Source: Akkermansia sp.
GTDB lineage: Bacteria; Verrucomicrobiota; Verrucomicrobiia; Verrucomicrobiales; Akkermansiaceae
Reading direction: 5' to 3'
Assembly: GCA_024405415.1 (NCBI GenBank)
Contig: JAKSOV010000001.1
Location: 16,685-80,684, forward strand
DNA: 64,000 nucleotides
Positions 28,347 through 37,123 of this stretch are shown one piece after another. The notes under the pieces are model-generated. The model had not been told where the DNA came from and made no database searches. It was given only the letters and a program-made list of their open reading frames with translations. The position numbers and the translations under genes were made by a program. The number at the start of each line of letters is the position of its first letter. Position 1 is the first letter of the stretch.

Positions 28347-31300
28347 ATGAAATTTCATCTCTCTGTCTCGCTTCTTCAAATGCTGTGTTTCTTGTTCGTG
28401 AAACAGCCAATATATGCCCAAAGTTTTGAGCGCTCAGGCAACGTAGATGATGAAGTGATTCCTTATTGCGAGACGCATGGTAATATGTTGCGTTCCGATG
28501 ATAAATACAGGAATGGTGAAATGAACTACGTCGAAAGACAAAGAGACGGCTTCTCTCTTGGTGATTATAAAACGATTAATTTCGGAGGAATCGTAAATGA
28601 TGTATCCAATTCGTCATTATACGCCTCTGGTGGTGCTATTGAGAACGTAGATGTTATTGTTTTGCAAAAAAACGGGGAGGTTTCTTTTTGCGAAAATTTG
28701 GCAATTTCTAAAGCTGCAAATGCATCAGGAGGCGCTGCTTTCAACGCGGGAAAATTTTTATTGCAAGATAATGAGGATGTCCTATTTGTAAATAACTCAA
28801 CAAGCTTCAAATATTCTTCGTCATACACAGAAGCGATGGGCGGTGCGATTTATAATGATGCTAGTTCTAGTTTCATATTATGTGGAAACCAGAATATTAA
28901 TTTTAACTCTAATTCTGTCACTGGACGGAGTTGGGGAAATGTATCTGGTGGTGCTATATATCACAATGGAGCAGCATTCAAAATATGCGATAATGTGAAT
29001 GTTGCCTTTAACAATAATAGCGCGTCAATTTTGTCTGGGGACGGCCATGCAACTGGTGGGGCTATAAGAATCGATGGCAGCGGTACATTTGAGATATATA
29101 ATAATAAATGTGTAACATTTAATGAAAATTCAGTTACTACAGGCAGTAACCTTTACTATGGAGAAAGCTCGTATGGTGGTGCCTTATACAGCAGGTCTTC
29201 ATTTTCTATAAAAGGGAATGAGAAGATTGTATTTAGCAATAATTTGGTATCAGGATCGCACTTTGCGTGGGGGGGCGCAATTTATGCCTATGCTCCATAT
29301 TCTTTATACGGAGACTCTCAAATAATTAGCGAAAATGGGGATATAACCTTTAGGAATAATTCAGCCGCTAGTTATGAACGTGCAGAAGGTGGGGCAATTT
29401 ATATTGCCGTTGCTTCTGGGCGTATAACCTTGAGGAATAATGGTGATATTACCTTTTGCGACAACTCTGCCTCTGCAACGGCTCTTCTGGATAATCAGGA
29501 TGTTTATGCGCGAGGAGGTGCAATTTTCAGCGCGGGAAGTATTAATTTAACTGGTAATGGGAACATTGTGTTTAGTGGAAATTCAGTCTCATCCGAATCT
29601 TCTACTATGAATGTGTATGGAGGCGCAATCTATAGTGAAAACGGTAGTAAAATAACTATTAGTAGAAATAAAAATGTTCTATTTGAGAAGAATGTTGAAA
29701 TTAATAGAGGAGTATACCGTTTACGAAGTATTTATTCAACTGCAGGTAGAGAGTTCGTTGATCTTTGCTCGGATGAGGGGTATTCCATAACTTTTCGAGA
29801 TTCAGTATATGTGGGGAACACGGTATCTATTAATACTAATGGTGAAAAAGGTGACATTATATTCACAGGAGCAACTACAGAGTCAGATTTGCGTGCTGTA
29901 AAAGGAGGAATTGACGGCACTGCACAGGAAATAAAGAATTCACGCACTTCAATCTTTGCTTTGATGAATATCCATGGAGGAAGATTAATTGTAAGCGATG
30001 GAGCTGTCCTAAGAGGTGATGGTATCAAAATTCGGGATAAAGCGAATGCTACTATCCGTTTGAACAATGGTATATTAGATGAGACATTCTATACCATATC
30101 TGTGTCCTCTGGTAGCGGATTAGAGTTTGAGGGCGAGAACTCGCTGACTGCTTCCTCTGTCTCTATGGCAGACAACAGCTTCCTGAGCTTCATCCTCGAT
30201 GATGGCCAGACGGCGGTCAACTGGAATGCTAATCTGGATATTCAGGGTGGCCTGAGCTTCAATCTGACCCACGAGGATAAGCCCGTGCATGACACCTATG
30301 CGCTGCTCGCCATGCAGAGCGGCAATACCGTGATGGGCTGGGATGCAGCAAACCTCAGCATCAGCGGTGCGTCAGCAGAGCATCTGGTGTGGGAGAACAA
30401 CACCCTCTACTACCGCCCCCTGCTGGTGCAGGAGAACGGCGATACCACACTTGACAAGGATGTGGACACCGATGCTGCCGGCGGTGCCATCGGCGGCAAG
30501 GATGACGTGAGCATCGACGGCAAAGGTCATACCCTGAGTGTGAAGAACGAGGTGCAGCTGGTGCAGATGGCGTTGAAGGACGGCATCGTGAAGCTGGAGG
30601 GCGAGAATAACGGCATTGTCTCCGTGACGCTGACAGAGGGCGGTGAGCTGGTGCTGACGGCGGGTGCGGGCCTCAAGACGGGCGACATCATCAGCATGGT
30701 GGCGAGCGGCAAGGGCGAGCTGGTTATCAGTGGCGATATCACTATCGACAGCAAGGGCTTGAAGGGCAAGGCCGGGGAACAGGCGACCGTGAGCCATGCC
30801 GATGCGCAGGTGCTCGGTGATGCCACCATCAGCAACGTGCGCGTGGAGGAGTCTACCATCGACCTTGCCGAGGGCAGCACGGTGGGCTTTGAACACGTGG
30901 TGCTCGCAGCGACCACCCGCATCACGGATGACCCCGCAACGGCGAATCTGGATGATGTGACCGCTGAGCTGGTGATGGGGGGCAATGCCTCGCTGACCGG
31001 TAGCGACCTGCTGTTGGCCGGTACGACCTTGGCGCAGAGCGGCAACACAGGCGTGACACTCACGCTTTCCGATGACGCCTCCGTCCTGATGTTGGAGGCT
31101 ACGACCTTCGACTCCGTTACGCTCACGGGCTCCTCGCTCGTGCTCGAACTGGCAGGCATGGATGTCGAAATCTACAACGGTGCGGAATGGATTGCCGTTT
31201 CTTTCACAAGCGGCACGGACTTCGCAACCTTCGACAGCTCTCTGGCCGTGACGCTCTCCATCGATGGTATCTGCTATGAGTCGGGCTACACCGTGTCCGG

Positions 31301-31427
31301 TGATGACTCCCCGACCACCATGTATTTCCGCGGCGGTAAGGAAATCTGCACGACCCCCGAACCCGCCACGGCGACGCTCTCCCTCCTTGCCCTCGCGGCC
31401 CTCGCCTCCCGCCGCAAGAGAAAGTAA
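28347..31427 (+). CDS. Pmp-like (polymorphic membrane protein repeat) surface protein with a PEP-CTERM anchor
   Basis: Signal peptide MKFHLSVSLLQMLCFLFVKQPIYAQS. At least 10 GGA[ILV] repeats alternate with FxxN (GGAIYND..FNSNS, GGAIYHN..FNNNS, etc.). The C-terminus PEPATATLSLLALAALASRRKRK is a PEP-CTERM sorting signal. The 5' ~1.8 kb is AT-rich and the 3' ~1.3 kb is GC-rich. Confidence 0.8.
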   Translation: MKFHLSVSLLQMLCFLFVKQPIYAQSFERSGNVDDEVIPYCETHGNMLRSDDKYRNGEMNYVERQRDGFSLGDYKTINFGGIVNDVSNSSLYASGGAIENVDVIVLQKNGEVSFCENLAISKAANASGGAAFNAGKFLLQDNEDVLFVNNSTSFKYSSSYTEAMGGAIYNDASSSFILCGNQNINFNSNSVTGRSWGNVSGGAIYHNGAAFKICDNVNVAFNNNSASILSGDGHATGGAIRIDGSGTFEIYNNKCVTFNENSVTTGSNLYYGESSYGGALYSRSSFSIKGNEKIVFSNNLVSGSHFAWGGAIYAYAPYSLYGDSQIISENGDITFRNNSAASYERAEGGAIYIAVASGRITLRNNGDITFCDNSASATALLDNQDVYARGGAIFSAGSINLTGNGNIVFSGNSVSSESSTMNVYGGAIYSENGSKITISRNKNVLFEKNVEINRGVYRLRSIYSTAGREFVDLCSDEGYSITFRDSVYVGNTVSINTNGEKGDIIFTGATTESDLRAVKGGIDGTAQEIKNSRTSIFALMNIHGGRLIVSDGAVLRGDGIKIRDKANATIRLNNGILDETFYTISVSSGSGLEFEGENSLTASSVSMADNSFLSFILDDGQTAVNWNANLDIQGGLSFNLTHEDKPVHDTYALLAMQSGNTVMGWDAANLSISGASAEHLVWENNTLYYRPLLVQENGDTTLDKDVDTDAAGGAIGGKDDVSIDGKGHTLSVKNEVQLVQMALKDGIVKLEGENNGIVSVTLTEGGELVLTAGAGLKTGDIISMVASGKGELVISGDITIDSKGLKGKAGEQATVSHADAQVLGDATISNVRVEESTIDLAEGSTVGFEHVVLAATTRITDDPATANLDDVTAELVMGGNASLTGSDLLLAGTTLAQSGNTGVTLTLSDDASVLMLEATTFDSVTLTGSSLVLELAGMDVEIYNGAEWIAVSFTSGTDFATFDSSLAVTLSIDGICYESGYTVSGDDSPTTMYFRGGKEICTTPEPATATLSLLALAALASRRKRK

Positions 31428-31454
31428 GAGGGGAGAAAACCACTCAATCAAAAA

Positions 31455-31487
31455 ACGGTCTGACCGCAAGGTCAGACCGTTTTCTTT
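31455..31487. terminator. Bidirectional rho-independent terminator between convergent genes
   Basis: AAAAA-ACGGTCTGACC-GCAA-GGTCAGACCGT-TTTCTTT. Confidence 0.75.
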
Positions 31488-31524
31488 ATATCGCGGCGAA
31501 GCCGGGTAATTTGTAATTCTCTAT

Positions 31525-32613
31525 TCAGCTTTCAGCGTCGCCGAAGGAGATGCCGATTTCCTTGGCGGTCTCCACAATCTGGCTCTTGCTGTCCACGAGG
31601 TGCAGGGTACGGACGGCTTCCTCGATGGGCATGGACACCATGTCGATGCCGTTGAGGGCGACGGTCTCGCCGAACTTGCCTTCCTCGATGAGGTCGATGG
31701 CCTTGGCGCCGCAGCGCACGCCGAGCACGCGGTCGAAGGGAATGGGAGAACCGCCGCGCTGGATGTGACCCAGCACGCAGTAGCGCGTCTCAATGCCGGT
31801 GATGGTCTCGAGCTTCGTGGAGAGGAAGTTCGCGATGCCGCCGAGGCGGACTTCGCCCTTCGTCTCTTCATCGAGCGTGAGGAGTTTGCCGGCAATCTTG
31901 GCACCTTCGCTGACCACCACGATGATTTCGCGCTGGCCGAGGGCCTTCAGCAGCTCCACCTTGCGCACCACGTCCTCGAGCGTGAACTCGATTTCGGGCA
32001 TGAGGATGACGTCCGCACCGCCGGCCATACCGCCGTAGAGGGCAATCCAGCCCGCGTGGCGACCCATCACCTCCACCACCATCATGCGCTGGTGGGAGTA
32101 AGCCGTCGTGCGCAGGCGGTCGAGGTTCTGGGACACGATGGAAACGGCCGTCCAGAAACCGAAGGTGTAGTCCGTGGCACCGAGGTCGTTGTCGATGGTC
32201 TTGGGCACGCCGACGATGGGCAGGCCGATTTGGCGCAGCTCGAGGCCGATGGTCTGCGAGCCGTCACCGCCCACGACGATGAGGGCCTCCAGCCCGAGGC
32301 GCTCGACGGTGGCCTTGCTCTGGTCCAGCACGTGCTGGGCAATCTGCATGCGGCCGCCGACACCGCTCTTGACGGTGAAGTTGCCCTTGTTGACGGTGCC
32401 GAGGATGGTGCCGCCTTCGGAGCGGATGTTGTGGCAGTTCTCGGGCGTGAGGATGCGCCAGCGCTCGTTGTCGGGCGTGGAGAGCAGGCCCTCGAAGCCG
32501 TCGTAGAAACCGTAGACGGTCCAGCCGCGGGCGGAGGCGGCGCCGACGGCACCTTCAATCACAGCGTTGAGTCCGGGGCAGTCGCCGCCGGCGTTAAGAA
32601 TACCGATATTCAT
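31525..32613 (-). CDS. pfkA: 6-phosphofructokinase (catalytic motifs intact)
   Basis: 362 aa. GGDCPGLNAV, VVGGDGSQT, PKTIDNDL, MGRHAGW and GHIQRGG are all present. Confidence 0.9.
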   Translation of the reverse strand: MNIGILNAGGDCPGLNAVIEGAVGAASARGWTVYGFYDGFEGLLSTPDNERWRILTPENCHNIRSEGGTILGTVNKGNFTVKSGVGGRMQIAQHVLDQSKATVERLGLEALIVVGGDGSQTIGLELRQIGLPIVGVPKTIDNDLGATDYTFGFWTAVSIVSQNLDRLRTTAYSHQRMMVVEVMGRHAGWIALYGGMAGGADVILMPEIEFTLEDVVRKVELLKALGQREIIVVVSEGAKIAGKLLTLDEETKGEVRLGGIANFLSTKLETITGIETRYCVLGHIQRGGSPIPFDRVLGVRCGAKAIDLIEEGKFGETVALNGIDMVSMPIEEAVRTLHLVDSKSQIVETAKEIGISFGDAES

Positions 32614-32630
32614 GGTAAGAGAGGTTTAAG

Positions 32631-33593
32631 TTAGTTAGGAAGGATGATGAATTTGGAGTGATCCGTGTAGTCGTTGGTGGGCAGCCACTGCTCCCAGACA
32701 TCCCAGCCGTCGCGCAGGAACTTGGCGGCGGTGTTGTAGCGGGTGGAGGAATCGGGCATGCCGAGCATGACGACGAGCAGACGCTGACCATAGGTGCCCT
32801 GCTTCCCGGTGACGGGGTTGATACGCTTGACGGAGACGCGATTGGCGGTGACCATGAGGCAGGCACCCGCGCTGCGGGACTGCCCGGCCTTCAGGCCGTC
32901 CACATGCTCCGAGAACGACAGCAGCTTGTTGTTGTTGCGCACGGTTTGGGTGCGGCTGCCGGCGGGGGAGTGCACGGTGACGGTGGCACCGGGCTGGGAG
33001 GTGATGCCGAGCAACGCAGGGTTGCCGATGGCATACATGCCCATGAGCGCCATGTCGCGCGCCGTGGATTGGGAGATGACGGCACCGCTCGTGCCCTTGA
33101 AGTAGGTGGAGCGCATCAGCAGACGGGCCGCGAGGTGGTTCATCTGGCTGACGAATGCACCGGCGGGGTCGTTGCTGTTGAGCGCCGAACCGCAGGCGTA
33201 GGCCAAGGTCATGGCGCTGGCGCTGTCATCCCACATGAGGGTGGAGTAGAGCGCATCGCGAATCGACATAGTCTCGCCCGCCTGAAGCTTGAGCAGGTTG
33301 GTCTTCGGCCACAGGGTGGCCTGTTGAGGTACCGTAATCTGAGTGTCCAGATTGACATCGGCAGCCTTAATCCAGTCCATGGCCACACAGGCGGTGGCCA
33401 GATTGGCAAGCATGCCGATGGGGCGCTTCTCCGTGGCGTTGGAGGCGTACAACACGCGACCCGAGTTCACCTCAAGGCAGACGTAGCTGGGCTGAGTGTC
33501 GGCCGGCAGCGTCGGTTCCGTCGAGCTACAGGAGGTCAGCAGCGCAGCGCAGACTGCGGCGAGGGAGCAGAGAATGGTCAGGTGCTTCTTCAT
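32631..33593 (-). CDS. Lipoprotein homologous to S11 D-Ala-D-Ala carboxypeptidases, catalytic motifs degenerate
   Basis: Lipobox LLTSC. It aligns by eye with PBP5 (SYVCLEVNSGRVLYASNA..., STARDMALMG, VDGLKAGQSRSAGACL). However, SxxK reads MLAN, SxN is absent and KTG reads KAG. Confidence 0.7.
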   Translation of the reverse strand: MKKHLTILCSLAAVCAALLTSCSSTEPTLPADTQPSYVCLEVNSGRVLYASNATEKRPIGMLANLATACVAMDWIKAADVNLDTQITVPQQATLWPKTNLLKLQAGETMSIRDALYSTLMWDDSASAMTLAYACGSALNSNDPAGAFVSQMNHLAARLLMRSTYFKGTSGAVISQSTARDMALMGMYAIGNPALLGITSQPGATVTVHSPAGSRTQTVRNNNKLLSFSEHVDGLKAGQSRSAGACLMVTANRVSVKRINPVTGKQGTYGQRLLVVMLGMPDSSTRYNTAAKFLRDGWDVWEQWLPTNDYTDHSKFIILPN

Positions 33594-34786
33594 GCCTTCT
33601 TAGAGGACTTTTTGCCCTTGACGGTCTTGGTGCTCTTTGCGGCGCTCTTGGCGTCCTTGGCTGCCGTGATCTGCGCCTGCTCGCTCATGAGCTTGTCGGG
33701 CGTGCGGTCGCCGAAGATGATGCCGAGGTCGCGGGCGGTGCGGATAATCTGGCTGTTAGGCTGCACGAGGCGCAGGGACTTGACGGCGTCTTCGATGGAG
33801 ACTGTCTGCACGTTCGGGCCGTTGAGCGTGAGGGCCTTGCCGAACTCCTTGCGCTCGATGAGCTTCACGGCCTCCACGCCGAAGCGCAGGGCGAGAATAC
33901 GGTCGAAGGCGCAGGGGGTGCCGCCGCGCTGGGTGTGGCCGAGCACGCAGTAGCGCGTTTCGATGCCCGTGAGCTCCTGCAGCATGCGGGAGAGGCGGTT
34001 ACCGATGCCGCCGAGGCGCTCCTCGCCCTTCTCCTTGTTGTGCACGGTGATGAGCTCTCCGTTGAGCTTGGCACCTTCGCAGACCACCACGATGATTTCA
34101 CGCTGACCGGCGGCCTTGCGGGCCTTGATGCAGTCCACGACGTTCTGGAGGTCGAAGTCAATCTCGGGGATGAGCACGACATCCGCCGCGGTGGAGATGC
34201 CGCTGTGCAGGGCAATCCAGCCGGACTGGTCGCCCATCACCTCCACCACCATCATGCGCTGGTGAGAGTTGGCGGTGGTGCGGATGCGGTCGATGGAGTC
34301 GGACACCACGGAGACGGCGCTCTGGAAACCGAAGGTGTAGTCCGAGGCTTCGCAGAGGTCGTTGTTGATGGTCTTGGGGATGGAGATGACGGGCAGGCCC
34401 TCATCGGCCAGCAGGCTGGCGGTGCGGGCGGAGCCGCTGCCGCCCACTACGGCGAGAGCTTCCAGACCGAGAGCGGTAATCGTCTTCTTGGCCTTGGCGA
34501 GCATGTCCTTGTCGATGGAGGCGCGACCGAGCTTGTTGATGTGAATCTTGAAGTTGCCCGTGCTGGTGGTGCCGAGGATGGTACCGCCCGTGGAGCGAAT
34601 CTGGTGCGTCTTCTGCGGGGTGAGCAGCTCGTAGCGGCGACCGCCGGCCACGGGCAGCAGACCTTCGAAACCGTCATGGAAACCGATGACACGCCAGCCG
34701 CGGCGGTAGGCCGCGGAGACGTAACCTTCGATAACGGCGTTAATACCGGGGCAGTCGCCGCCGGAGTTGAGAATACCGATAATCAT
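33590..34786 (-). CDS. Phosphofructokinase-family paralog with substituted catalytic residues and a Lys-rich tail
   Basis: 398 aa. GGDCPGINAV is retained, but GGSGS replaces GGDGS, TINND replaces TIDND and MGDQSGW replaces MGRxxG. The C-terminal ~45 aa are Ala/Lys-rich (...AKSTKTVKGKKSSKKA). The stop overlaps the next gene's start (ATGA). Confidence 0.8.
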   Translation of the reverse strand: MIIGILNSGGDCPGINAVIEGYVSAAYRRGWRVIGFHDGFEGLLPVAGGRRYELLTPQKTHQIRSTGGTILGTTSTGNFKIHINKLGRASIDKDMLAKAKKTITALGLEALAVVGGSGSARTASLLADEGLPVISIPKTINNDLCEASDYTFGFQSAVSVVSDSIDRIRTTANSHQRMMVVEVMGDQSGWIALHSGISTAADVVLIPEIDFDLQNVVDCIKARKAAGQREIIVVVCEGAKLNGELITVHNKEKGEERLGGIGNRLSRMLQELTGIETRYCVLGHTQRGGTPCAFDRILALRFGVEAVKLIERKEFGKALTLNGPNVQTVSIEDAVKSLRLVQPNSQIIRTARDLGIIFGDRTPDKLMSEQAQITAAKDAKSAAKSTKTVKGKKSSKKA

Positions 34787-34810
34787 GGTAGGTGAGGAGA
34801 GAGGAGGGGG

Positions 34811-36007
34811 TTAATGGTGAGTCGTGGGCTCGGGGATGGCGCCGAAGTAGTGGGCGCAGTTCCAAAGCGCACGGGGGTGATGGAAGAAGGATTTCCACAT
34901 GGAGCCCTTGAGGCCGTTGGCGGGGGAGCCGTCGCGCTCGCAGTAGCCGAACCACTCGCCGTGCTCCGGATCCTGGAGGTGGGAGAAGGACCACTCGCGG
35001 ATGCGCTCGTGCCACTCGGCATACTTCTCGTCACCCGTCATCACATAGGCGAGACAGGTGCCGATGAGAGCTTCGTCATGCGGCCACCAGAACTTCATGT
35101 TGTGCCAGTATTCCTGCACGGGACCGCCGAACACGTCCGTGTAGTACAGCAGACCGCCGAACTTGGGGTCCCAGCCGCGCTCGAGCGACCAGTCAATCAT
35201 CTTGCAGGCGGTGTCGATGAGGTCCTTGTGGGTCTCAGCACCGCGGTAGCGGGCTTCCTCGAGAATGAACCAGGCGCCTTCGATGGCGTGTCCGGGGTTC
35301 TGCGTGCGCTCGTCGAAGTGGTCAATGATGCTGCCGTCGGGGGCGACATTCTCCAGCACGGCCTTGATGTCCTCGTGCAGGAAGAGCGTCTGCAGGTCCT
35401 TGATGCAGCGGTCAATCCAAGCGGTGTAGAAGCCGTCCGCGTCGCCGAGATACTTGCGCATCTCCTGCGCGGTGACGAGCATAATCATGCGGCAACCGAG
35501 GTTCTCACCGGGGCGTTTGCCCGTGGTCTTGGGCGCCATCTTGCCGGGGGTGAAGAAGATGTCGGCGAAGATGTCGAACCAGTGGCGGGCGCGCTCCGCG
35601 CTGTGGGCGCTGCCCGTGGCGCCGTAGTGGGCGGCCCAGGCAATGGCGGCAAAGCACTCGCTGTAGGCGTAGCGGCGCTTGCGGATGGGCGTGCCGTCCG
35701 CGGCAACGTGGAAGTACATGCGGCCGTCAGCGGGGTCCACGCACTTCTCCTCCAGGAAGGTCAGCGCGCTTTCGGCGATTTCCTTCCAGTAGGGGCGCTG
35801 CTCGATGCTGTTGTAGCAGGTGAGCAGCATCCACGCCATGCGACCCTGCGCCCAGACGTTCTTGTCGGTATCCACCAAGGTGCCGTCGGCATCATAGCAG
35901 TGGTAGATGCCGCCGTTCACCTTGTCCGCAGAGCGGGGGAACCAGAAAGGCTCCACCTCGTTGAGCAGTTTATCCTTGTAAAACTGACCCAGAGCTTGCG
36001 TATCCAT
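34811..36007 (-). CDS. N-acylglucosamine 2-epimerase (AGE family)
   Basis: 398 aa. FYKDKLLNEVEPFWFPRSADKVNGGIYHCYDADG..., an alpha/alpha-barrel AGE/renin-binding-protein pattern. Adjacent to nanA. Confidence 0.85.
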   Translation of the reverse strand: MDTQALGQFYKDKLLNEVEPFWFPRSADKVNGGIYHCYDADGTLVDTDKNVWAQGRMAWMLLTCYNSIEQRPYWKEIAESALTFLEEKCVDPADGRMYFHVAADGTPIRKRRYAYSECFAAIAWAAHYGATGSAHSAERARHWFDIFADIFFTPGKMAPKTTGKRPGENLGCRMIMLVTAQEMRKYLGDADGFYTAWIDRCIKDLQTLFLHEDIKAVLENVAPDGSIIDHFDERTQNPGHAIEGAWFILEEARYRGAETHKDLIDTACKMIDWSLERGWDPKFGGLLYYTDVFGGPVQEYWHNMKFWWPHDEALIGTCLAYVMTGDEKYAEWHERIREWSFSHLQDPEHGEWFGYCERDGSPANGLKGSMWKSFFHHPRALWNCAHYFGAIPEPTTHH

Positions 36008-36028
36008 AACGGAATGGGGGAGTGAGCT

Positions 36029-36952
36029 TTACTTGTTGATGGCCCAGTCGAAGAAGCCGATGGCGGTGAGCTCATCCTTGAGCTGCTTCACCGTGGCGGC
36101 ATCGGGCGTGCCCATGGGCAGACGGGCAGGGCCGAGATCCACACCCCACCAGCCCATGATCTGCTTGCAGCAGCCCATGTAGCCCTTGGAGGCGATGATG
36201 TTGATCATCTTGACGGACAGGTTCTGCAGATGGCGGGCGTGCTCGATGTCACCCTCGTTGAAGGACTTGATGATGTCCTGATACAGCTTGGGAGCATAGT
36301 TGAAGGAGGAACCCACGCCGCCCTTGGCACCCGTGGCGAGAGCGCCGAGGAACCACTCGTCCACACCCCACGGAATATCCCACTTGCCGCCGTCCTTGGT
36401 GAGGGCATCCATGTAGAGGGCGAGGTCGGGGTTGGTGAACTTGATGCCGCAGAAGTTCGGAATCTTGGCGGCCATCGCGTCGATAATCTTGCAGGGGTTG
36501 AAGGCCACGTGCGTCAGCACGGGGATGTCGTAGAAGTAGTAGGGGAGCTCGGGAGCGCCGGAAGCCTCGAAGGCGGCGCAGTCGGCAAGGGCCTCCACGG
36601 TGCCGGGCTTGAAGTAGCAGGGGGAGTTGCTGGCCGTGCCGTCCGCACCGCACTTGGCGGCGTAGGCGGCGAGCTCGCGGCCGTCGTACACACTGTTGCC
36701 GCCCGTGTGCACCACGAAGCCGATGCCGTACTTCTTCTTGGCTTCACCCCAAGCAGCCATGTTCTCCATGCGCTCGGTGAGCTGCATGTGGGCGGATTCA
36801 CCCGTGGAGCCCGTGATGAAGGTCATCTTGATACCCTGTTCGGCAAGGAACTTCGCCTGCGCGTCAACCGCGTTGGGGTTGCAGGTGCCGTCAGCATTCA
36901 TGGGGGTGTGCGTTGCCGCAACAAGGCCGTGGAGTTTCAGATTGGTTTCCAT
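36029..36952 (-). CDS. nanA: N-acetylneuraminate lyase (DapA/NAL family)
   Basis: 307 aa, DapA-family fold (GLVAATHTPMNADG..., ITGSTGES). The nanA call rests on its context next to the AGE epimerase. Confidence 0.75.
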   Translation of the reverse strand: METNLKLHGLVAATHTPMNADGTCNPNAVDAQAKFLAEQGIKMTFITGSTGESAHMQLTERMENMAAWGEAKKKYGIGFVVHTGGNSVYDGRELAAYAAKCGADGTASNSPCYFKPGTVEALADCAAFEASGAPELPYYFYDIPVLTHVAFNPCKIIDAMAAKIPNFCGIKFTNPDLALYMDALTKDGGKWDIPWGVDEWFLGALATGAKGGVGSSFNYAPKLYQDIIKSFNEGDIEHARHLQNLSVKMINIIASKGYMGCCKQIMGWWGVDLGPARLPMGTPDAATVKQLKDELTAIGFFDWAINK

Positions 36953-37089
36953 AGTAAAATAGCAGGGGGTTCTTTATCCCTACAATTTTTTTAGCGCAAA
37001 CAGGCGGGCTTTACAAGAAGATTCTACACTTTTCCGAAGATTTTGACCGTTTTGCCACGCCGTGCGCGGTTTGCGGACGAAAACCGGGC

Positions 37090-37117
37090 TTGTGGTGTGC
37101 GTGCGTTTTATTATAAT
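37090..37117 (+). promoter_or_regulatory. Sigma-70-like promoter, leaderless configuration
   Basis: TTGTGG-16-TATAAT-6 nt-ATG(37124). Confidence 0.5.
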
Positions 37118-37123
37118 AGGGAC

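Noticed and set aside
27130-30180. Integron interpretation: a divergent integrase plus an adjacent AT-rich cassette.
   Set aside because: The AT-rich segment is fused in frame to a downstream gene rather than being a discrete cassette. I could identify no attC-like imperfect palindrome or GTTRRRY core site by eye. The integrase cannot be assigned to IntI without a search.
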